The notes below the pieces were generated by a model. The model ran no database searches and was not told the origin of the DNA. It saw nothing but the letters and a program-made list of their open reading frames with translations. From a candidate division WOR-3 bacterium (GTDB lineage Bacteria; Hydrothermota; Tepidihabitantia; B3-TA06), in contig CBFGKC010000001.1 in the NCBI GenBank assembly GCA_965649265.1, forward strand, positions 1 through 13,108: 13,108 bases of DNA, given 5' to 3'. Numbering within the stretch: position 1 is the stretch's first letter; each line of letters begins with the position of its first letter. Below are positions 6,653-13,108 of the stretch, piece after piece. The translations under genes were made by a program, and so were the position numbers.

Positions 6653-7222
6653 ATGAACCCAACTGAAAGAACAAAGCGACTGAACGACTACATTGCCCTT
6701 CACCCTTCCTCGACGGCATTTGCCCGCCTTGCCGAAGCTTATTCGGACGCCGGGCAGGCCGAACAGGCACTCGGACTTCTCGAGCGCGGTCTGAAGGAGC
6801 ACCCGAATTATCTCCCCGCTTACGTGCTGCGTGCACGCTACCTCTTGAGACTAAACCAGCCGTTCAAAGCCGAGGAGGCTCTTCGCGGCGCGCTTTCCGT
6901 GGACCCTTCGAACGTCAACGCTCTCCGGATACTTCTCGAACTTGAGATCAAACGAGAAGCCGCGGGCCGGGGGATGACGGCAAAGAAGCTTGCAGCTCTC
7001 GATGCGGGCGATCCTCTTGCCCGGAAGGTTTTGAGCGAAGAGTCGAAAACGGCTTCGCCGTTTACAACTCGCAGCGTTGCCGAGCTTTATGAAAGTCAGG
7101 GATACCTCACGGAGGCCTTAAGGATCTATAAGGAGATTCAAAGACTCAATCCACAGGACAGCGAAATCGCGGTCAAGATCAGCGATCTGGAGGGACGCCT
7201 TAATGGAACAAAGACTCAGTAA
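6653..7222 (+). CDS. Tetratricopeptide repeat protein
   Basis: P.STAFARLAEAY..AGQAEQAL.LLE.GL..HPNY, AL..DPSN..AL, C-terminal T..VAELYESQG...EAL.IY. Start set at ATG 6653, just after the promoter; the ORF-track extension is antisense to the GNAT. Overlaps the next gene by 20 nt. Confidence 0.82.
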   Translation: MNPTERTKRLNDYIALHPSSTAFARLAEAYSDAGQAEQALGLLERGLKEHPNYLPAYVLRARYLLRLNQPFKAEEALRGALSVDPSNVNALRILLELEIKREAAGRGMTAKKLAALDAGDPLARKVLSEESKTASPFTTRSVAELYESQGYLTEALRIYKEIQRLNPQDSEIAVKISDLEGRLNGTKTQ

Positions 7223-8282
7223 GATCAAAAGCAGGATGAAAAAAGAAGGCCTTGACGCCTTCCTTGTAACTAATTTGACCAACGTTCGTTATCTTTCCGG
7301 CTATACAGGCTCAAACGGAACCCTCTTGATAGCCTCGAAGACGCATTTCTTTACGGACTTTCGATACCAGGAGCAGGTAAAACACGAGGTTACACCCAAG
7401 GCTACGATTCACATCGTCACCAGGGGACTGGTCGATACGCTCGCCTCTATGCCGGAGGTCAAATCCTTGAAGAAAATCGCGTTCGAATCCGATTACGTCA
7501 CGGTTTCCCTCATTGAATTCCTCAAGAAAGCCCTGAAGAAGCTGGGGCACTTTCAGTGGGTACCCGTAAAGGGTTTCGTCGAGGATCTGCGCAAGATAAA
7601 GGACGAGGAGGAGATAGGGCTTATACAACGAGCCGCTTCGGTGACCGATAAGACTCTCGCCGAGGTTCTTGAGCTTACAAAACCCGGCGTGACCGAGCAG
7701 GAGCTTTCAGCGGAGATCGCCTACCGGTTCATGCGTTACACGGGCGAGGCGCCCGCCTTCAGCTCGATAGTCGCATCGGGACCCAACAGCGCAATGCCGC
7801 ACGCGCACCCCACGAACCGCAAGCTTCGCAAGGGTGATTTCGTTACCTTCGACATCGGTGCCCGCTGGAAAGGATACTCGGCGGACCTGACACGTACTTA
7901 CGTGATGGGCAAGGCCATGGCCAGACACAAGGAGATTTACTCGATAGTTCTCAGTGCGCAGAAAAAGGCGCTCGACGGCATTCACGCCGGTATGCAGGCA
8001 AAGGAAGCGGATGCTCTGGCGCGCGGAGTCATCAATGATGCGGGTTATGGAGAGTTCTTCGGACACGCCCTGGGCCACGGAGTGGGCCTCGAGACCCACG
8101 ACGGAATAAGCATGTCCGCAAGATCGGCCATTCGTGTACCCGACGGTGCCGTAGTGACTGTGGAACCCGGCATTTACATCCCGGGATGGGGAGGGGTAAG
8201 GATAGAAGATTTGGTTCTTGTAACTCGAAACGGCGTCAAGCTCCTGTCACATGCGCCGCGCTCTAAACTAATTGAACTCTAG
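7203..8282 (+). CDS. Xaa-Pro aminopeptidase / prolidase (peptidase M24B with creatinase-like N domain)
   Basis: NVRYLSGYTGS, TDFRY, SAMPH, FDIGA, SADLTRT, HALGHGVGLETHD, TVEPGIY, GVRIED; GGAGG SD. Confidence 0.95.
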   Translation: MEQRLSKIKSRMKKEGLDAFLVTNLTNVRYLSGYTGSNGTLLIASKTHFFTDFRYQEQVKHEVTPKATIHIVTRGLVDTLASMPEVKSLKKIAFESDYVTVSLIEFLKKALKKLGHFQWVPVKGFVEDLRKIKDEEEIGLIQRAASVTDKTLAEVLELTKPGVTEQELSAEIAYRFMRYTGEAPAFSSIVASGPNSAMPHAHPTNRKLRKGDFVTFDIGARWKGYSADLTRTYVMGKAMARHKEIYSIVLSAQKKALDGIHAGMQAKEADALARGVINDAGYGEFFGHALGHGVGLETHDGISMSARSAIRVPDGAVVTVEPGIYIPGWGGVRIEDLVLVTRNGVKLLSHAPRSKLIEL

Positions 8283-8290
8283 GAGGAGCA

Positions 8291-8767
8291 ATGAAGCTTT
8301 CCGATATTGAGAAATTAGTAAAGCTCCTCGGTGAGTCTAATCTTGCCGAGATGGAAGTGCAGTTCAACTGGCGCGAAAAGGTTCGCTTAAGCAAGGTCGG
8401 CGGACAGGTCAGGGTGGAGCCTGCGCCCGGCTATCACGTTCCGCAGATTCAGGAGCATCGAGAGGTCAAGCCTGAATCGAACACGGAAAAAACCGCGGAG
8501 ACCCAGCCACCCAAGCGCGCGGCCAATCTTGTGGCAATAACTTCTCCCATGGTGGGAACATTCTACCGGGCGCCTGCTCCGGATGCGCCTCCGTATGTGG
8601 ACACGGGTGACATGGTCAAACCCGGCTCCGTCGTTTGCATCATAGAAGCCATGAAGCTGATGAACGAACTGCAGTCCGACGTTTCGGGCAAGGTTGTGGA
8701 GATTCTTGTGGCAAACGAAACGCCGGTCGAGTACGGCCAGGAACTCTTCCTCATAGAACCGATGTAA
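8291..8767 (+). CDS. accB: Acetyl-CoA carboxylase biotin carboxyl carrier protein
   Basis: [13 protein letters not shown], biotinylation motif [18 protein letters not shown]; AGGAGG SD; adjacent to accC. Confidence 0.97.
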   Translation: MKLSDIEKLVKLLGESNLAEMEVQFNWREKVRLSKVGGQVRVEPAPGYHVPQIQEHREVKPESNTEKTAETQPPKRAANLVAITSPMVGTFYRAPAPDAPPYVDTGDMVKPGSVVCIIEAMKLMNELQSDVSGKVVEILVANETPVEYGQELFLIEPM

Positions 8768-8768
8768 G

Positions 8769-10124
8769 ATGTTTTCAAAGGTACTCATCGCCAACAGGGG
8801 GGAGATCGCCGTGCGGATAATCCGCGCGTGCAGGGAGTTGAACATAGGTACGGTGGCTGTTTACTCACAGGCGGATTCGGAATCCCTTCATGCCCGTCTG
8901 GCGGATGAAGCCGTATGCATAGGCCCCGCGCTGGCCTCGGAGAGCTATCTTAAGGTTACCCAGCTCATCAGCGCCGCCGAGGTTTCCGGCTGCGAGGCCG
9001 TGCATCCTGGGTACGGATTCCTGGCAGAGAACGCCCGCTTCGCGCAGGCTGTGTCGGAATCCGGACTGACTTTCATAGGCCCTACGCCGGACAACATAAC
9101 CAAGATGGGCGACAAGAGCCTTGCCAAACAGACCATGAGAGCGGCAAAGATACCGGTCATTCCCGGTTCGGAGAAGGACGTGAAGACCGTTGCCGAGGCG
9201 AAGAAACTGGCTTCGGAGTTCGGCTACCCCGTGCTTCTCAAGGCGGCATCGGGAGGGGGCGGTAAAGGAATGAGACTTGCAAGGGACGAAAAGGAGCTTG
9301 AGGCCGGTTACAAGATGGCCAAGGCCGAGGCGAAAGCCGCCTTCGGCGACGACAGGCTTTATCTCGAGAAGTACATCGATAAACCCAGACATGTGGAGAT
9401 TCAGATAATCGCAGACACACAGGGAAATATCGTACACCTTGGCGAACGCGAGTGCTCGATTCAGCGTCGTCACCAGAAATTGATAGAGGAATCCCCCTCC
9501 CCTGCAGTGGACGAGGCCTTAAGAAAGCGGATGGGCGATGCGGCAGTAGCAGCGGCAAAGACGATCGGCTACCAGAGCGCGGGAACGATCGAGTTCCTGC
9601 TCGACGCCTCAGGCAGTTTCTACTTCATGGAGATGAACACGCGTATTCAGGTGGAGCATCCGGTCACCGAGATGGTCACAGGCTACGACCTCCTGAAGGA
9701 GCAGATAAGGGTGGCAGCAGGAGAGAAACTCTCCTTCCCCGGCGATATCACTAAGCCTTACGGCCACGCTATCGAGTGTCGAATAAACGCCGAGGACCCT
9801 AGCCGCGATTTCATGCCCACACCGGGAAAGATAACTTTCCTTCACCTGCCGGGTGGGCCGGGAGTACGGGTGGATACTCACATATTCGCCGATTACAAGA
9901 TTCCGCCGAACTACGACTCGCTCATGGCTAAGGTCATCGCCTGGGGCAAGGACCGTGCGGAAGCCATCGTCCGCATGCGCCGGGCGCTCGAGGAGTTCTA
10001 CGTGGAGGGCATAAAGACGACCATACCCTTCCACCTGAAGGTCCTGGACGACCCCGAGTTCCAGAAGGGCAATCTCCACACAGGATTCATCCCGGAGATG
10101 GCCGAACGGCTGAAAGCCACATAA
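8769..10124 (+). CDS. accC: Acetyl-CoA carboxylase biotin carboxylase subunit
   Basis: [71 protein letters not shown]. Confidence 0.97.
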   Translation: MFSKVLIANRGEIAVRIIRACRELNIGTVAVYSQADSESLHARLADEAVCIGPALASESYLKVTQLISAAEVSGCEAVHPGYGFLAENARFAQAVSESGLTFIGPTPDNITKMGDKSLAKQTMRAAKIPVIPGSEKDVKTVAEAKKLASEFGYPVLLKAASGGGGKGMRLARDEKELEAGYKMAKAEAKAAFGDDRLYLEKYIDKPRHVEIQIIADTQGNIVHLGERECSIQRRHQKLIEESPSPAVDEALRKRMGDAAVAAAKTIGYQSAGTIEFLLDASGSFYFMEMNTRIQVEHPVTEMVTGYDLLKEQIRVAAGEKLSFPGDITKPYGHAIECRINAEDPSRDFMPTPGKITFLHLPGGPGVRVDTHIFADYKIPPNYDSLMAKVIAWGKDRAEAIVRMRRALEEFYVEGIKTTIPFHLKVLDDPEFQKGNLHTGFIPEMAERLKAT

Positions 10125-10227
10125 AAACACACCAGACAAACATTCTCGAATGCCTCTTTAACCATAGAGTCCGGTGATTTCGTAAGGTGTACGGAAGCTT
10201 GTATACCGGCGCAAGAACTGATTCTTC

Positions 10228-10255
10228 TTGACACCGTGCGCTTAAGGATTATAAT
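10228..10255 (+). promoter_or_regulatory. Consensus sigma70-like promoter upstream of the MFS gene
   Basis: TTGACA (10228-10233), 16 nt, TATAAT (10250-10255). Confidence 0.8.
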
Positions 10256-10373
10256 CGTTTCACAAATGTCCACATTGTTTGGTCCATCACCAGGCATCCA
10301 GAAGACAACGGCCGCGGTTTATTTAGGGACGAACTTGCGTATGGTGGATCCATGATGCGGGGAGTTACCGGAA

Positions 10374-11693
10374 TTGCTTGAAATTTCGAGATTCATATAC
10401 AATCGCAGAGAAAACCTGGCCCACACCTTGAGGGCATTCAAGCATTACAATTACCGGCTCTTTTTTGCCGGACAGGGAGTATCGCTCATCGGCACCTGGA
10501 TGCAGCAGGTAGCCATGGCATGGCTCGTTTACAAGCTTACTGGTTCTGCAACGCTATTGGGATTCGTGGGATTCGTGAGTCAGATACCCAATCTCGTCGT
10601 AATGCCCTTCGCGGGCGTACTTGTGGACCGCTTCGACCGCCGCCGCATAATACTCTTTACGCAGACGCTTTCGATGCTTCAGGCGGTTGTATTGTCAGTT
10701 CTGGTCTACACGAACACGATACAGGTCTGGCATATATACGTACTTGGGCTCTTCCTGGGGCTTGTCAATGCGGTTGACATGCCCGCAAGACAGGCGTTCG
10801 TTGTCAAGATGGTCTCAAAAAAGGAGGATCTCAGCTCGGCGATAGCCCTCAACTCAGCCATGTTCAACGGTGCGCGTCTTATTGGACCGACCCTCGCAGG
10901 ACTAATCATAGCTGCGGCAGGCGAGCGGGCTTGCTTCCTAGTGAACGCGGCATCCTACCTCGCCGTTATATTCTCGCTTCTCGCAATGAAGCTTCCACAC
11001 GAACATCCGCATATCCGAAAGGGTGGTGTGCTTCGCGACCTCGCCGAAGGGACAAGCTACACAATTAAGTCGGTACCTATCCGTTCCCTGCTCATGCTGG
11101 TTTCATTTCTCAGCCTTATCGCCATGCCGTACATAACGATTATGCCTGTCGTCGCAAAGGTAGTACTTGCAGGCGATTCCCGAACGTATGGGTTTCTCAT
11201 GGGCGCGGTAGGAGTGGGCGCCTTATGCGGAGCTTTTTTTCTCGGTTCGCGCAAGACTTACATGGTTCTCTGGACTATCCTGCCTGTGGTCGCGGCGCTC
11301 TTCGGTACGGGTCTCATCTTCGCTTCCTTTTCGAGGACCTTCTGGCTGACGATGGCGCTCGCGGCGGTTACCGGTTTCGGAATGATGGTCACACTGGCAT
11401 CCTCGAATACGCTGATACAGAACATAGTCCACGACGACAAACGGGGCAGGGTAATGGCCTTTTACTCGGCGTCCATGATGGGTACGCTTCCTTTCGGCAA
11501 CCTCATAATGGGAAAAGTGGTCGATTTAATCGGCGCTCCCTATACTCTTCTTGTAGGCGGCAGCCTTGCCGTTATTGCCGCCGGTGTCTTCTCGACCCAG
11601 ATTGCGAATCTCAGAAAAATCTCCACCGAGCACACGACCTCCTCTGCGGTGGCGAATTCCGCTCAGGGCAATTCCGATACACGCGTTAAATGA
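10374..11693 (+). CDS. MFS transporter (MFS_3 / DHA3-like putative efflux permease)
   Basis: NYRLFFAGQGVSLIGTWMQQVA, motif A GVLVDRFDRRR, DMPARQAFV, AIALNS..FN.ARLIGP, DDKRGRVM; about 12 hydrophobic segments. TTG start with GGGGAG SD. Confidence 0.92.
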   Translation: MLEISRFIYNRRENLAHTLRAFKHYNYRLFFAGQGVSLIGTWMQQVAMAWLVYKLTGSATLLGFVGFVSQIPNLVVMPFAGVLVDRFDRRRIILFTQTLSMLQAVVLSVLVYTNTIQVWHIYVLGLFLGLVNAVDMPARQAFVVKMVSKKEDLSSAIALNSAMFNGARLIGPTLAGLIIAAAGERACFLVNAASYLAVIFSLLAMKLPHEHPHIRKGGVLRDLAEGTSYTIKSVPIRSLLMLVSFLSLIAMPYITIMPVVAKVVLAGDSRTYGFLMGAVGVGALCGAFFLGSRKTYMVLWTILPVVAALFGTGLIFASFSRTFWLTMALAAVTGFGMMVTLASSNTLIQNIVHDDKRGRVMAFYSASMMGTLPFGNLIMGKVVDLIGAPYTLLVGGSLAVIAAGVFSTQIANLRKISTEHTTSSAVANSAQGNSDTRVK

Positions 11694-11784
11694 TAGCATC
11701 TCCTCGCTGAGAAACCAGGATTATGGAACTTTTCTGCCCCGTATGCGTCTTTTCACGTAATAAAGTAAACCGGAAGGATTCTTG

Positions 11785-12987
11785 ATGATACAAAGAGCGT
11801 TAATACTCGCGAGTCTTACAATCTCTTATTTGTCGGCAGCAAGCATTGGCGACAGTTTGTTTTTTGAGAAAACCAAACACTTAGAGTTCAAGTCACTGCT
11901 TGATCTTGAGCTCTCTAAGGAACAGGATGCCTTCCTCAAAGGGATGACGCTTGTTACCGAAGGCGACTTCGATAATGCAAGGACCATCTTCGCTGAGCTT
12001 AATGCAACCTCCAATGATACGGTGATGGTTGAGAGCGCCCAGGAGGTGCTCGGTAGTATCTACCTTTACGAATCTCGATGGGATTCCCTCGTAAGTCTGG
12101 GGATTCCGCATGACGAAGGCGACTTTCTATCTTTCGTCAAAGCGTATCAGCTTACAGACGCCGAAAGCTACCTCTTTCCGGAAAAGGCCCCGTTCTTGCC
12201 AATGAAATTGAGCCTTACCGGGACTCCCATAATTGAAGTCGAAATCAACGGGCACAGACGCAGGTTCTGGCTCGATACCGGCGCAGGCCTGAGCGTGCTG
12301 TCGTCCGACGCCGCAAGGGACTGCGGTATAATTCCGCTTTCAGCCGTCGAGGCGAAAGCTCTTACCTCGACAACTAAAAAAGTCGGCATTCAGCCTGCCG
12401 TAATAAAGGAACTGAGGATCGGGGAACTCGAGGTCCGCAATCATCCCGCCGTGATCATCGATTCCGAGAATCTCGAATTCAAGATGCTCGGAATAACGTT
12501 CATGAAGATTGACGGGATCATAGGTTGGAATCTGATTCAAAATCTGGATATCACGATTGATTATTCGAAGAAACGCATCTCGATAAGAAAGCCCCAACAC
12601 AGACCCTCCCCCTCCCCGGCGCTTTTCTGGCTCGACTACCCGATAGTCACCGCCTCCTCCGGGGGGGTGCCTCTGCATTTCTTTCTAGACACCGGGGCTT
12701 CAGGCACAGGCATTTACGAAAACGCCTTCCGCAAGCTTACATTCGAGAATGTTCGCAAGTCGACCAACGTAGTCGGCGGGGCTGGAGGCATGGAGCGCTT
12801 TGAAACTAAGAAGGTTGAAAAACTCGAACTCGTTATCAACGGCGAGGACATTCTGCTCAAAAACGTGACCTCCTATCCCGAGCGTGATGCAGGATTCCTG
12901 AAACTCGACGGCATCCTTGGCGCGGATGCTTTCAAGGGAAGGCGTGTACACATAGACGTGACAAACGGGGAATTTGAGATATATTGA
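11785..12987 (+). CDS. Secreted aspartyl protease with two retropepsin-like domains and a helical/TPR-like N-terminus
   Basis: Two catalytic motifs FWLDTGAG and FFLDTGAS, followed by DGIIG and DGILG respectively; signal peptide. ATG 11785 lies 6 nt after AAGGA; TTG 11782 is an alternative start. Confidence 0.85.
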   Translation: MIQRALILASLTISYLSAASIGDSLFFEKTKHLEFKSLLDLELSKEQDAFLKGMTLVTEGDFDNARTIFAELNATSNDTVMVESAQEVLGSIYLYESRWDSLVSLGIPHDEGDFLSFVKAYQLTDAESYLFPEKAPFLPMKLSLTGTPIIEVEINGHRRRFWLDTGAGLSVLSSDAARDCGIIPLSAVEAKALTSTTKKVGIQPAVIKELRIGELEVRNHPAVIIDSENLEFKMLGITFMKIDGIIGWNLIQNLDITIDYSKKRISIRKPQHRPSPSPALFWLDYPIVTASSGGVPLHFFLDTGASGTGIYENAFRKLTFENVRKSTNVVGGAGGMERFETKKVEKLELVINGEDILLKNVTSYPERDAGFLKLDGILGADAFKGRRVHIDVTNGEFEIY

Positions 12988-12999
12988 TAAAGCATCGTG

Positions 13000-13058
13000 T
13001 TGACATTCAGGAGCGTATTAATATCCTTACGTTGGATGTCAAGGGGTATATCCTTACG
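13000..13058 (+). promoter_or_regulatory. sigma70-like promoter with overlapping inverted and direct repeats
   Basis: TTGACA (13000-13005), 16 nt, TATCCT (13022-13027). Inverted repeat TTGACATTCA/TGGATGTCAA (13000-13009/13033-13042). Direct repeat ATATCCTTACG (13021-13031, 13048-13058). Confidence 0.6.
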
Positions 13059-13097
13059 AAAAGATGAAACCTGAAAAGTGACAGGAGATTACCGCCA

Positions 13098-13108
13098 ATG
13101 GCTGAAAA
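13098..13108 (+). CDS. Start of a CDS running off the window (MAE...), product unknown
   Basis: ATG at 13098 preceded by AGGAG (13083-13087) and a promoter. Confidence 0.5.

Noticed and set aside
7311-12951. Numerous antisense or alternate-frame ORFs over the peptidase, accB, accC, MFS and protease genes
   Set aside because: They overlap well-supported genes and lack motifs; such ORFs are expected from codon bias.

Overview
Chromosomal bacterial window with no rRNA, tRNA, CRISPR array, integrase or transposase. The left half is a patchwork of single genes: a secreted 5'-nucleotidase (-), an AbiJ-like HEPN defence-type gene with an AT-rich 5' half and a REP-like hairpin upstream (+), a secreted DNRLRE-domain protein (-), a SIMPL/DUF541 protein (-), a Tyw1-like radical SAM protein (-), a broken MGMT/alkyltransferase-like gene that the ORF track misses (-), and a RimJ/RimL-type GNAT (-). 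The right half is a housekeeping operon (TPR protein, Xaa-Pro peptidase, accB, accC), an MFS transporter, a secreted two-domain aspartyl protease and the first codons of a further gene. The most unusual features are non-coding. Seven sigma70-like promoters all have a 16-bp spacer, and three sit directly on SD-less start codons. The MGMT-like gene has lost its expected active-site segment and carries a hairpin-rich insert there. Several small repeats look like operators. No clearly new multi-gene system is supported. Family assignments come from motif recognition, not database searches.
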